This document shows, one piece after another, positions 51,088-64,000 of a stretch of 64,000 bases of DNA; position 1 is the stretch's first letter, and the number at the start of each line of letters is the position of its first letter. Location of the stretch: the NCBI GenBank assembly GCA_013265495.1, contig MU058584.1:4222508-4286507 (forward strand). The letters are read 5' to 3'. Both the position numbers and the translations under genes were made by a program. This stretch comes from Vicugna vicugna. Taxonomy: Eukaryota. The notes under the pieces are model-generated. The model made no database searches, had not been told where the DNA came from, and saw nothing but the letters and a program-made list of their open reading frames with translations.

Positions 51088-51437
51088 GGATTCTCTGCCA
51101 GGGCTGCCATAACAAAGTGCCACGGAAGGGGAGGGGCTTAAACCCAGAGATTTATTTTCTCACAGTTCTAGAGGCTAGACGTCCAAGATTAAGGTGTCAG
51201 CAGGGTTGCTTTCTCCTGAGGCTTCTCCTCTTGGCTTTAAGATGGACTTCTCCCAGTCTCTACAGGATCTTCCTTCCTTAAAGGTCCTAATCTCCTCCTT
51301 ACAAGGACACCAGTCACATTGGATTATTCACCCTAATGACCTCTGGAGACTTTATCTCCAAATAGGCTCATTCCGAGGTACTGGGGTTAGGACGTCAACA
51401 TATGAATTTGAGGGACACAATTCAATATATAATGACA
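51088..51437 (-). mobile_element. MLT1A-like MaLR LTR
   Basis: gggctgccataacaaagtgccac...ctcacagttctagaggctag...ggttaggacgtcaacatatgaatttgagggacacaattca. Confidence 0.85.
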
Positions 51438-53509
51438 CCCCCCATACCCATAGCCTCACTTTCAGCGTGGGTAAGAACGGAAAAGTCGCAGTGGAGGTCA
51501 CCAAGCCACGGGGTGGAAATAGAACTCCAAGGACACTGAACACCCCGTGGCCCAGGGCCCACCTTTCGCTCACTCCACGTCGGGATGCTTTCTGTCACGC
51601 CTGTCCCTGGGACACATCCTAGAGAGAGGGCACCAGGGCACCAGGGCACACCGCATTGCGCACTGGCAGTATTGCTGCCCAGCTCTCCCACTTTTCTGCT
51701 CCCCACCCCCACCTGCCCCAGGCACAGCTTCTGTCACCTCCTCCTGGTTAGATACACTCGCATCACCTCTGCTGCCAACACAGAGTGCGACGCGATGGAC
51801 TCCGACCGTGCGTTTTCCAGCCTCTCGGAGCTGCTCTGGCGTTCTCTGTCTTGAAGGGCTTTGCTCCTGCGGGTCCCTCTGCCCTGAACTTCCCTGCTCT
51901 TCCCCACCCTCCTGTGAGAAGTTGTATTACTCTGGGCTCTTACTCCCCTGTCACTAGTCCATTTGGGGGCCATGTCTACCAAGCCAAGACAAAGGGGTAA
52001 GGCATGGCGGGGGGCCATGGTCAGCCTTGATAACCAGCTGCCTATCTGCCCTCTGTTCTGAGATCACTGGGCAGGAAAGAGGAGGTGGAGCCTCTGATGG
52101 GCGGGCAATCTCCCAATTGCTCTGAGAGGGGCTGCACCCCCCACCACATTCACCCTTATCTAGGGGGTGGGCCTCAGATGTTTCCTTTTCCCACAGGAGG
52201 GTGGTGCCCGGTTACCAGGCCCCCAGAGGAGATTTCCCCACCCCTGGCTCCTATCGCCTCACTCTCCATTCCTTGTGGAGCCAGTGATTCCCCCTTATCA
52301 TCTGGACTGCAGAGGATATGAGTTTAAAAGGAACTGGGCCCCTTTTAAGTTGAAGCCTCACCATGGCCAGATACGGGAGTGCATTTTCAGCCAAGAGGCC
52401 CAGGTAAAGATACAAGCAGTTGTCAGACTGGAACCAGGCCTGCCCCGCCGTAGAGAGAGACCCACTAGTTGCTACCCCAGCTGGAGGCACACATTTTCCA
52501 GTGACGAAAACTGAACAGCTTCTAAGCTGATGAACATTCCTTTCATTCCTCCATCCTTCTGAATTTACTTCCAGTTTTTGTTGAAGTGTATCTATATGTT
52601 TTCGTGCGACTCTCATCACCGTGCACAAAACGCTGTGGATTTCTTAGCCCTTTTTTTTTCCTTTTTGTTCCATACACATCTCCATGTGTTAGGAAGGTTG
52701 TGTACTTGTCATTTTTAATGGGAACATAGTGTTTTATTGCCTTTATGATCTATAGTTTACTTCAACTGTTTTCTAAAATACAGTATTCAGATGGCTTCTG
52801 AGTTTTCATCTCATGTGAATAGCAATGCTATAATTTTGTATAAGCTGTACTTTTCCTCTTTATTTCCTTAGCATATATTCTAAAAAACAGAACTAGCATT
52901 TTCTTGTTACGTAGTCCCAGATTATTGTCTCTAGAGAGGACGGAATTAATCGATGCGTAATGCTAATACAAGTTTTTAAGGGAATGATTTTCCCCATGAC
53001 CCTGGTAGCTCTGGCTTTTTATTATTATAACATATTTTATGTGTTATATTTACAATATATTTATTGTAGTTGTGCGTTGGTAACCTTAAAGTTAACTTCC
53101 ATTTTAGTGTTGATTCTCAAAGTCCTGTGTCTTCCCAAATTTGGGTCAGTATTTTCTCCTCGTGCTTTGGAACTTTACCTCCTTTGATGCTTTCTGGTGT
53201 TTCTTTTACACAGATTTCACATTTATAAATATGTTGTGTGATTTCCCTTAGCAAGCCTTTCCCCGGCAGCAGCCTTTGCCTCCACTAAGTCTTCTTTAGA
53301 TCAAAGCCATGGTTCTCAACCCTGGATGCATGTTAAGAGTCACGTGGAGTAGGGCATCACCCCGCTTCCAAAATATGGAACCTGGGCCCTCTTTGGAAAT
53401 AAAGGAGAGGAGCTGAGCATACTACTGGTCTCATCTAGCAAATGGAGACCCTGAGACCCAGAGACCTGATCCAGAAGCCAGAGCCTCCATCTTTTCCAAT
53501 GGCTGATGT

Positions 53510-54480
53510 CTTTAAATCAATCAATATTTCTTGCACACCTACTGTATGTTGGCCACTCTGCTAGGAACAGGGGAAAGTCAAGAAGGCCATGGTACGTATC
53601 TTCAAGGGGCTTCATACTGTAGTGAGGGGGACAGACAGCTCAATATATCAAGAGAAGTGCTATAGGAGAGGTTTGCGTGGGTGGCTCAACTCAGGGAAGA
53701 GGTCCAGGAAGGCTTCTGGGAGGAGGTGGCAAGAAGCCATGTCTTGCATGATGAAAAAGAGCTATCCAGGTGGAGGGAATAAGGATCAAGGCATTTGAGG
53801 TAGAGGAACAGCATGTGCAAAGACACAGAAGGATGAAAATGCATAGTGTGTTTAGAGGGCTGCAGAGAAGTTCGCAGTGGGAAGAGCAGGATGTGGAGTT
53901 GGACTGCCAGGGTTGGAATCCCAGATCCACAACAGCTTCATCGCCTTGGGCAAGTCACTTAGCCTCTCTCTACTCTTATTCCACCTTCCACAGCATGATG
54001 ATCATAATGCCAGGCCTGCCTGGTGATTGATCAAATAAGATCATCTTTATGAAGCACTAACCATAGCACTTGGCACATGGTAAATGTTCAGTAAGTTTTG
54101 GCTGTTCTTAGAGAAAATTATCTTTTAGGGAAGAAAGATGGACAGAGCCTTATGTTCTACACTAACATGTCTTGATTGTGTAGTAGGTACTATATAGTAG
54201 GTAAGCCAAGTAAAGACATGGTTGGACAGATTTTAGACAGATTGTTTGGGCAACAGAGTCAGGAGAATGGACGAGAGGAAGAAGGTCAAAGCAAAGAAAT
54301 CAGTTAGGTGACCACAGTCTCTCCCCACTCAAGGGAGAGATGAAAGGGGCCCTTAGGTGCAGTGACCGCAGTGACGATGAAGACGCCAGGCTGGAAACAG
54401 AGCTAGAAGACAGAAAGACCAGGCTTGGCGACCTCCTGGATGTGGGGAGGCAGGAGAGAGAGCAGGATGTGAGGTTTCCT
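53510..54480 (-). mobile_element. L2 fragments with an inserted MIR (~53870-54100)
   Basis: atcaatcaatatttcttgcacacctactgtatg; tcagggaagaggtccaggaaggctt; MIR core ccttgggcaagtcacttagcctctct. Confidence 0.6.
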
Positions 54481-55671
54481 AATCCTCCCACCTTGAAGTC
54501 TGCTCCTGTGCTCAGCCAGACCCTGCAGGCCCAGCAATCATCTCCTTTACAAACAGGCCTGCCATCCCTGACCTTCATGGCTCCGAGGAGCTGACTTCCT
54601 GGGACTGGAAGGACTGTGGAGGAAGAACACAAGGGCCTTTTATTTCCAAAACGAGAGGGAGGCTACCCCTCTCCCCAAGGAAATGAGCTCAGCCTCCTCA
54701 AACCCTCCCTTTTGCAAAAGAAATCTCAAGCCTGGGGACTTGGAACCTGCTCAGGACCCTCACCGACAGCCGTCTCAGACATCCGGATGTCCTGGGGCTG
54801 TCGAAGTGTGTGGTCCAGGCCCTTGTCGGCCTGGGGACGGTGGCCCACAGGAGGGATGTACTTTGCAGAGCGGAAATGGCTCAAACCAGATATTACCTTG
54901 TTTGTTTTCCCTAGGAAGAAAAGAGACCATTTTCCTTTCCTCTTTTATTTATTTTTTAGGGATCAGGCAGATATTTTTAATTCCTCTAGTTTCCGGCTGT
55001 CCACAGGTGTTTCCTATGGTGTTGCTGTCAGGAAAGACAAAGCTCATGACGTAGTCAGCTTTGTTCCTGAGATTTCCAAAAAGTCTCCCCGCTCTGGCCT
55101 GTGTGTGCCACCTCAGATCCCCTCTGGGCAAGGTGAGGTGAGCTGTGTTCTGTACCATTGAAGGCAGGGCTAGCTCCAAAAACCTACTGATACGCGGTAG
55201 TGTTGGGGACAGTGGACAGGAGGGAGTCTTTGGTTTCCAGTATTACTCTGGTTGCTGAGTCCCTACCAACTGTGGCCTTAATGACAGAGGTGCCGGGTAG
55301 TTCCAGTAGAATTATTCTTCACTTCTCATATGTAGGAGTTCTCCCATGTCCAACCAATTATGACAGCCTGGTAGGACAGGTGAGGATGCCCTTGCTATTG
55401 AAAAAGCAGGATGCTTGTTTATTTCGACCCCAAAAAAGTTGTGCATAAACTGAAACTTCAGGGAAACCGTCATGTTTCTCATGCACCACAGAAGCCCGCA
55501 ATGAGAAATCCTTTCTATAAATTGAAGAAACCGTTAGTAAAGCAACATAATCTCTCTCGACTGATCTGTTTTCAATATTTGTGGAGCCTCACATCTGTCT
55601 TTTAGAAAGAATGAAACAAATATGTGTTGCATACTTCTATGACACAGCTTGTCTTTTAAAACCCTCACAGC

Positions 55672-55795
55672 GGGGAGGGTATTGCTCAGTGGTAGAGCCT
55701 GTGTTTAGCATGCATGAGGTCCTGGGTTCAATCCCCAGTACCTCCGTTAAACAAACAAACAAATCTAATTGCTTCCCCACCAAAAATAAAAAATG
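55672..55795 (+). mobile_element. Vic-1-like SINE
   Basis: A and B boxes, tail; TSD aaaccctcac on both sides. Confidence 0.92.
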
Positions 55796-57649
55796 AAACC
55801 CTCACGGCCATTCTGTGAGTTGAGTCTTACAGATCTATTTTACTGATTGGGAGACTAAGGCTCAGACTAGTTAAGGGGTCTAGTATCTGCTGAGGGACAG
55901 GAGTAGAACCTGAACCCAGCTCATCATGTCTGGAGTTGTATACTGTAATATATACCTTAGGTGTAATATACCTTAGAATTCAATGAGACAGCAAGGGTAC
56001 CATTGATATATGTTACATAGTGATGTACATATGGTAATTAAAGACAAATCCATATATTAAACCAAAAGATGCCTCCTGGGATTATCCAGGAAAACAGGCA
56101 GACTAGGATAAAAACATTCTTCCTGTAGATCAGAGGTAGCAAACCGGTAGCCTTTTGGGCCCAGTGCTGCAGGCAGACGTTTTCTAGCCCCACTGAGGTT
56201 TCCTTTTTTTTTCCCCAACTGAGCCGATATGAAAAACAAAATCAGTAAATGGCACTTAAAAATCTGGATTTTAATCCCTTGAAAAATCAAGATTATTTGG
56301 TGATCTGGGACTTGAATGATCTTTTGAAACGTGGCCCAGTGTGACCCAAGCAAGCGGCGGGCTGGAGCTGAGTAGCAGGGCCTCTTCATCTGGGGATGCA
56401 GTCAGGGGTTTCTCCCAACCTCCTGTGCCCTTCTTTACGTTTCCTGCCTGTCCTCTGAAGGCACTGAAGTTTGCAAAGCCCACCCCAAATGATGTGGGAG
56501 AGGGGCATGGAAACAGGCCGCAAAAATACACCCAGGATCTGAATGGGTCTTGCACATTGGGAAGGTCTCGGTTTCCCGTCTACTCCTAAAGGGGTCGTGG
56601 CTCCTGTGAATGGCAGTTCCTGTTCAGAATTTGCATTGTTAACATCTGGAATAGAAATAGATTTCATAGAAGAGAGGATGGCTGTGTCGTACTAAGAGTC
56701 AGACTAGCCGAGTTTTGAGCCCAGCCCCACTATACCAGCATGTGACTCTGGGAAAGCGACTTTTTATCTCCATGCTTCCTTGTGAAATAGGACTAGTAAT
56801 CTAATAATATCTACTTCCTAGGGCTGTTGAGAGGATTCAGTGAGCAATATCTGTGATGTGCTTTGCCCATCGTAAGCACTCAATCAATATTGATTCCTGG
56901 TCTCTTTTTGCTTTCCAGAAGTGATGAATACGTAGCCCCCCGGGTACATTGTCCATTTATCACCAGGGACATTAAGTGAGTCTGTGCTGAGCTGTCCACG
57001 GCCTTAGAAGACCAGAGTGTGGAGTCTAAAGGAAATCACCTGTTTCTTCCTCTTTTCTCTCATCTTGTAATTTCATTCTTCTAAGAGTATCTGCTGAGAT
57101 GGAAGGGGACATTTTGGCTTCGGATGGATCATTTCCTTGAGCAGAGAGCCATTTGTAATAGAGAAGAGACAACATTTTAAAATGTTTTGGGGGCTACTGC
57201 AAATGGGATCCATTGACCTAGATTTTAGTAAACCTAAAAACAGCTGCAAGGTGCGTGTGTTTAAACTTAGTGGCACAATATCTTTATGGAATTATGGATA
57301 ACTTCTCCTCCTCCCCTCTGGGCATATGTGTCCTGTTCCCAGACAGATGCTCAGGCCCTGGTTTTGGTATTTTGAGAAGACTGACAACTCACTCCAAAGT
57401 TGTTTTCAAGTATTTGTTCCCCTGTTCAAATCAAACTTTCCCAGAAGATTTGGGGAGTAGAGCTTGAAATTCTCATTTCAGTATTTAAAAAAGTTTTCCT
57501 TTATTTGATGTTTTTCATATTATATCTTGACAACTTGCTTTCTTTCCCTTGAAAACATTTAGACAGCCCCATGAATCAGTTCTAATTTACTTGTTCAAAT
57601 ACACATACACAATTTTACATGACTGAGATCACAGCAAGCATGCTGGGTC

Positions 57650-58760
57650 TTTACAGGCAGTATGTTTTTCTTTTGGTTTCCTTCCCCCAAATCAGCTCCC
57701 CTTCCCTATTACCCCAGCCTCCAGAAACCTCACATGTACCTTTCTGTAGGATATGTCATATTCTATAACTATATAAATTACTACATTATACACACACGTA
57801 CTATAGGTATACATAGACATAAACACATATGGGGGTAGATGGTTCAATTGTTGCTTTATGAAACTGGGATCATATTATACATACTTCTCTACATCTAACT
57901 GTTCTCACTTTACAATTCTTCATGGAAGTTTGGAGTGCTCCAATTCATTCTTTTTAATGGTTTCATAATAGCTTGTTTATGTGAGTGGACCATAAAACAT
58001 TTCCTTTTTATGGGTATTCACTTTGCTCCCAGAGTTTTGCTGCTCTAAACAGTGCAGCAGTCAGCCTCCCCGTCCTTAAGTACTGGGGCTTGTATGTCTG
58101 TGGAGCAGATTCCCAGGAGGGTGGGAGTGAATCAGAAGGTTTGTGTGATCTAAGATAATAAATGTTGCCAGATAACTTTCCTAAAAGACTGTACCAGCTC
58201 GCATCTCCTCCAACAATCTATGATGGTTCCTTCCTTCTGTTTCCCAAATAGCGGTGGCTGTTTCTCTCTCTCTCCCTTCTCTTTCCTTGCCTGTCTGATA
58301 AGCAGAAAGAGAAATCCTAGTGTTAATCTAATTTGCATTTCCTCGATAAGTAGTAAGTTTGAGCATCTCTTCATGTTTATTGGCTTTTTGAACTTGCCTC
58401 TCCATGAATTGCTTATTTATATTCTTTGTTATATATATTGTTCTTGTTATTTTGTAAAAACATTTTGTATAACAGATGTTATCTTTTCATTTGTGTTACA
58501 AACAATTTTTAAGATCTATTGCTTGCTTTTCACTTCATTTACAGTATTTTTGCCATTAAAAAGTTGTACTTTTTAATGTTCTTTTTTTGAATAGTGGAAG
58601 TTTTTTCTTTAATTTTTTTAAATGGAAGTACTGGGGATTGAACCCAGGACCTCATGCATGGTAGGCACACACTCTACTACTGAGCTATACCCACCCCGCC
58701 AAAAAAGTTGTCCATTTTTTATAAGGTGGGGGCTTTTAAATATACATATATAGAGAGAGA
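57650..58760 (-). mobile_element. Old L1ME-like fragment interrupted by a SINE
   Basis: aattcattctttttaatgg; ttaatctaatttgcatttcctcgat...tttgagcatctcttcatgtttattggc. Confidence 0.7.
58577..58700 (-). mobile_element. Vic-1-like SINE
   Basis: A and B boxes; TSD aaaaagttgt on both sides. Confidence 0.88.
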
Positions 58761-61700
58761 TCTGGGATTTCTTTTTTAGTGAAAAAGGAAAATGTTTCAT
58801 TTTAACACTCTTGTCCTATTATGCTGTTACATCCTATGTTCCAGCTAACTAATCTCAGTCTGCCTTCAAATGGACACGAACCCCAGAGTCAAGCGTGGGA
58901 AATCAGCAAAGCATGCTGGGAGCTGTTATCACAGGCTTCCCTTAGGCCACGTGTCAATTCTCTGACCAGATCCTATAGCTGATACCAGTCTGGAATTTTT
59001 CTATCTCCAGCTCTTAGACCCTGATTTCTCCTCCCTCCTCTGCCAGCCCCCTCCCCCACTTGCTCCTTAAATGGAAGTTTTCCTTCTATTTTCCCAGCTC
59101 TCTTCTATACTTTGTCCTTCTTTCTGATGGGAGAGATGTGGAATGTCCCTGAACTTTTCATGCCCCTTCCCCAGGGCCTCCTAGGGTCATAGGGTCCTTT
59201 CCTGCCATCTAAGCTGGGTAGCCCACCCTTCCCTGAACATCCAGCCTCTCTCCAAAAAGATATCTGCATCTCTGTCAGGGCTGCCCAAGTGCCTCTTTGC
59301 ATTTGTGGTTTGCATGTTAAGAGTCAGGACAAATGTTTTCCTTTAAACTCCTTGTCGGATTTACCCCTTCAGTATAAATTCCAAATACCTTGGCTTTATG
59401 TGTAATACTAGCCTGTGTTTAGTGAGCACTTATTATGTGCCAGACTCTGCTGAGCACTGTGCATGTATGTTCTCTCTCCTGGTTCTTACACAAGCCTATG
59501 ATGCAAATGTATCCTCGCTTTACAGAGGAGGCCACTGAAATTTACAGATCTTAGTTACCTGCCCATGGTCACATAAAGAGGAGAGTATGAGGATGTGAAT
59601 CAAACATTCTGTCTCCGGAGCACCATCTGTAACCACCTTCTGAGCCTGTCTTACCCCCTATTCCTACTCCATCACTTCTCCTTCCTGGGTCTTCAGATGC
59701 AGTCACATTTACAGCCTGGACTGCTCCTTGGCCCATTGATCATGCCACCATGGATACAGCTTCTAGTACCATTGTCTTCTTAGCTTGCTCTTGTATTTAA
59801 TCTACCTTTGCTTTGTATTTCCCCAACTGGACTGTCAGCTTCAATGGAACAGGGACCGTGACTTAATTTCTCTGTAACTGCCTCTTCCCACAAATTTGTT
59901 GACTGATTGCTTTTTATTTTTCAGGAACTTCCTCCAGCCTTCATTAAAATGATGTTTAGCCCAGACTCTGTAGGGATATTAAATAGTCTTAAATCTCACT
60001 CGACTTTAAAATACTTGCAGCTATGAATCTGCCGATGTCCCTGTTTAATTTGAGGTCTTGACTACCAGCATGAGCCAGTTCTTGGCCTTATTAAGTAAAA
60101 TCAGTAGACAGTAGGAGTGATCAGTCAGTCAATGTTGGCTTGTAAAATACTTCCTATGCACCTTTCACTTAATCTTGATAATGACCTATGTAGTAAATCT
60201 CATCTCCATTTTTCAGAGGAGGAAATGAAGTCCAGAGAAGATAGGTCTGGGGCTAGACTCTGCTTCGGACTGTGAGTCCTCCTCTCACTGCATCACAGCA
60301 GCCTGTGCTTGGATGTCAGGATGATTGCAGCCAGGCCAGCGTGGGCCAGTCTGATCTTATTACCAGCACCATGCTGATCCTGGGGTGGAAATGAGCACCA
60401 TATCTGCCCTCTATGCTTTCTGTGGGGATTAAGGAGGTCCTTTTGCAATCCCATATCCCCTCTGTGTGAAGTGACCTGAAAGCCACTAGAGTGGAGCCAC
60501 CTCTCCTGGAAAAGCCACGACAGCCGCCCTGCCGGGCTCCCTGGTGGCAGCTCGGAGGGACGTGTGTGGATGTGTGGAGTGATGGGATAAAGTACTGCTG
60601 GTCTGTCCACAGCTCTACTGCCCAGAAGAAAACCAAACCATCTTGTGAGTCATCTGCTCAGATATCTATATGAGGAGCCGATTGGCCAGTGTCCAAGGAG
60701 AGATTCCTCGTGCACAGGGTGGAGGGCGGTACAAGTGCTGATAAGAGGGGAGCAAGAGGAGGCTGGCTTGTTTGTCTCTTAGACCTTGTGTTCTGTGTTT
60801 CTCAGGCTGAGGGTCGGTTTGTTTCTGTGCTGACTAGCAGGAGGATCTTTCTTGGCTTAATCCTTCTTCCCTCCCACAGGGCCCCAGAGCATCACTTGCT
60901 CACCCTAGAGGGTTGGTGAAAAGCCCTGTCTATATCTACTCCAAACGCTTCCCTGCAGGCCCATTCTATTCTTAGAGCCCCTGATTCCTGTTTCAGAACC
61001 GTGCGGCTCTCAAGCTGGCCGAGACTCAGAGCCTGTGCCCTTGGTGTAGTAGATAGCAAAACAAAGGAACACGCTGAAGGGTGTGAATGAAAGAAAACAA
61101 AACCTGTAGTCATTCCTTCTTGGTATGACTTCCCAAGGAAACCAAAGTGGGGGTTATTCTTTCCCCAGCTGGGCAGCAACCTGCCTGGGGAAAACCCTGG
61201 ACTCTCCTCATTTAAATTCCCTTTTACAATTATGCTTCTTTTGACCGGCTTGGTCATGATTCTTTCTTACTGATTTCTCACCCATTTTTCCTTTTTATTG
61301 GCTTTTAAATGCCTCCTAGGCTATGTGCCATCTCATCTTCTTGAGAGAGAAGAAGCTCTTCGTTCTCAAAGAATTACTGACCCCAGTTTGCTAATTTGGA
61401 ATGAAGGGATTATATCACATGGCCATTTGATTCCTGGCCATTTGAGAACAGGAGAGGGTTCCATTCTTAGAATCGTCTTTGGAAGAAGCAGGAGGAGAGA
61501 TGGGGTTCTTTACTTTGCAGAGCTGTGTGTGAAGATGGCTGGAGATATAGCACTGCATTTCCTTGGGGCTCCTGAGCTTGCCAGCAGAGTTTGCTCTATT
61601 CTGTCTAAACTTAGTCAGGTATCCACCTCTGTTTGCATCTACATGAGAAAGATAACCTGCGTGTTCCCAACTGTCCTCACAGTGATGTTAAAGTAAGAAA

Positions 61701-62529
61701 ATGAAGAGTGAGCCAGCCAGCAGGGGCCTTGGGAAGCCTCCCCGGCAAGCTGTTCACTTTGCCATGAGGAAGCGGAAGGGCAGAGAGGGGTGGAGAGGTC
61801 ACACAGTGCTCCTGACCGCTGGGTCAGCGGCCTCCTCCTCCACCAGGATGCTCAGCTCTTAAAATTGTTCATCTGGATCTTCCCTTCTGACTCTGCAAGA
61901 CAGAGCGTGTCTGCCCGGAGACTTAACCTCTTGTTTCCACTCGCTGCATTGTTTGGATCCAAGCATGTTCCTTGGAGAGCTGCTCCAGCCATTCACCCAC
62001 TGGAGCCCCTGAGGGTCTCTGCTCCTACCTGATGGACTAGCCTCATCAGGCTTGGACCTGCAGGGGCAGGCCCAACCCTCAAACTCTGGCCATGGTGCTT
62101 TCCTTTTTATGGCCCCTTCAGGGCCGTGGGTGAAAGGCAGGACCTTCCCCACCTGCAGAAGCCAGAAGCAGGCTTATCTCTGGTGGCTGGTCTTGCCCCC
62201 ATTACCCCACCCCACATCTCCAAAACATCCAGATGACCTCAGCTCATAAATGGCCCTGCTATGAGATAGGCTATCCGTGGCTGGAGCCCAAAATCTCATT
62301 CGTATATTCCTCTGATATTAACGTGCAATGCCAACCCACCTGATCTGCAGACTTCTTCTACCAGTGGGGATGAAAATGACGTGGCAGCAGCAGATCCCTA
62401 CTTCCCCCTTGCAGTTCTTCAGGGCCAACTGGCAACAGCCTGCCATCCCTACAAGGAGTGCAAGGGTACCCACATTCCAACTAACCCCTGCTGTGTGGCA
62501 GTCATTGTCTTAGGTGACGACAAGAACAA

Positions 62530-62910
62530 TAGCTCAGGTGGGAGGGAAGGCTTATTATGCACCAGGCACTGTGCTGGGACTTCATGTGCATTAACGCATT
62601 TGGGCTTTATAACAATCATATGAGACAAGTGCTTTTATAATCCTTAATTTACAAGTGGGGGAACTGAGCGAAGTTGAGTCTTGCCCAAGATCAAACGTCT
62701 AGTAAGAGGAAGGGTTCGGATTTGAACCCAAACTGTCCTATCAGACAATCTCTTAGCATCTTCACCACCCCACAGTGGGTGTTATTAGCTGCATTTTATA
62801 GATGAGACTCTGAGCAGTTAAGTCAATTGCCCAAGACCCGCAATCCATAAATTTTAGAATGAGATTCAAATTTGAGCTTGTCAGACTCCAAATTCTGTAC
62901 TCTCTTCACC
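62530..62910 (-). mobile_element. Two adjacent MIR fragments
   Basis: atgcaccaggcactgtgct...cttgcccaagatca...gatttgaaccca; cattttatagatgagactctgag. Confidence 0.7.
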
Positions 62911-63109
62911 ATTCTTGCTTCCTGAGTGCTGCTGGCTGCCCTGGGTTGGACAGGAATGGCTGGGTGTGGTCTATTCCCAGCAGCTGCCAGAGGCTGCCCA
63001 CCTCCTACAGCCATGGTGCCTTCTTGCCAATACGGAGGGGCCCATGGGACTGGCATCCTGGGACTAAGCCGAGTCCCGTAGTCCTGGGCAAATGAAAAGA
63101 GACCTTATA

Positions 63110-63319
63110 GGGGGAGGTTGTAGCTCAGTGGTAGAGTACATGCTTAGCATGCACGAGGGTTCAATCCCCAGTACCTTCATCAAAAAATCAGTAATAAAAT
63201 AAATACACCTAATTATCTCCTCCCCCCAAAACAAACAAAAAAAACAAGTAAACAATGTGTATTTATTCAAATAAATATATGCATCTTATAATACCTAAAG
63301 GCCAATACTTTAAGAAAAG
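63110..63319 (+). mobile_element. Vic-1-like SINE with a 3' extension
   Basis: A and B boxes, tail, then ~65 bp of extra sequence before the 3' TSD (agagaccttat at 63098-63108 / 63320-63330). Confidence 0.88.
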
Positions 63320-63364
63320 AGAGACCTTATGCAGATGGAGTGTGCCTCAAACTTTTTCTTTAAG

Positions 63365-64000
63365 CACTTTTTTTAATTAAAAAGAAATTTCATCACAGTT
63401 ACGAGATAAAACTTACATATAGTAGAAGTCACGTAATTTAAGGGTGCAATTTGATGAGTATTGACTGTATACAGTTATGTAACCACCACCACCACAAGAC
63501 AGAGGTCACAATCAAGATCTAGAACATTTCCTTTGTAGTCAGTCCCCGGCGCCTACCCCTGGTCCCCGGCAATCAGTGAGTTGCTTTCTGTCATCATAGC
63601 TTTGCATTTTTAAGACTGTTCTTATGTAAATGGAGCCATTCTGGTCGTCTTTCACATCTGACTTCTTTCACGTGGCATAAAGCTGTCAAAATTCATCCAT
63701 GCCGTGCACGTAGCCCTGGTTTGCTCCTTTTTATTGCCGAGTGGGATTCTGTGATATGCGTATAACACAGCATGTTCGTTTATCCACTCACCAGTTGATG
63801 GACATTTGGGTTTCTAGATCTGGGCTACCAGTAAGAAAGCTGCTCTAAAAATTTGCATACAAGTCTTTATGTAGATACATGTTTTTATTTCTCCTGGGCA
63901 AATACCAAAGAGTGGGATTCGTCAGGTCATTTGGTTGGTGTATGTTTAACTTGAGAGGCTGCCAAAATATTTTTCTAAGTGGGCATACCACGTAGCATTT
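63365..64000 (-). mobile_element. Old L1 (L1MB/ME-like) 3' region, runs off the window
   Basis: atgtaaccaccacc...aatcaagatctagaacatttcc...tttatccactcaccagttgatggacatttggg...aagtctttatgtagatacatgtttttatttctc. Confidence 0.85.

Noticed and set aside
55007..55131. Possible + strand internal exon (ccacag|GTGTTTCC...GGCAAG|gtgagg) within the 181-aa ORF
   Set aside because: Splice-like sites are common by chance and the peptide is unrecognised; not supportable without RNA data.
55672..55745. tRNA-Ala-like sequences (here and in the other SINE copies) as tRNA genes
   Set aside because: They carry the SINE tail, most have TSDs, and their stems are mutated; they are retroposed SINEs.
56919..56975. 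Possible 57-nt + strand exon (ctttccag|AAGTGATG...CATTAA|gtgagt)
   Set aside because: Adjacent to a MIR, peptide unrecognised, and in phase 0 (needed to follow Met-Glu) it reads AAG TGA, an immediate stop.

Overview
Repeat-rich mammalian genomic DNA, most likely camelid (camel/alpaca/llama). This is inferred from 11 copies of a tRNA-Ala-derived SINE matching my recollection of the Vic-1 family. The only clear gene landmark is a CpG-island promoter with a probable + strand first exon (~33330-33572, ending GACATGGAG|gtaacg). The rest of the window to 64000 looks like a long first intron. I could not identify the gene. No ORF in the track is a credible host CDS; the only recognisable peptides are decayed L1 ORF2 reverse-transcriptase fragments at ~20.7-21.6 kb. 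The remainder is LINE1, L2, MIR, ERV/MaLR LTRs and hAT/Tigger DNA-transposon fossils. The most notable items are a U6 snRNA-L1 chimeric retrocopy, a solo ERVL-type LTR with intact promoter motifs, a SINE carrying extra 3' sequence inside its target-site duplication (TSD), two SINEs truncated at the same hairpin, and a MER53 hairpin resembling miR-1302. I found no convincing evidence of a previously undescribed biological system. All repeat family names come from recalled consensus sequences and need RepeatMasker/Dfam confirmation.
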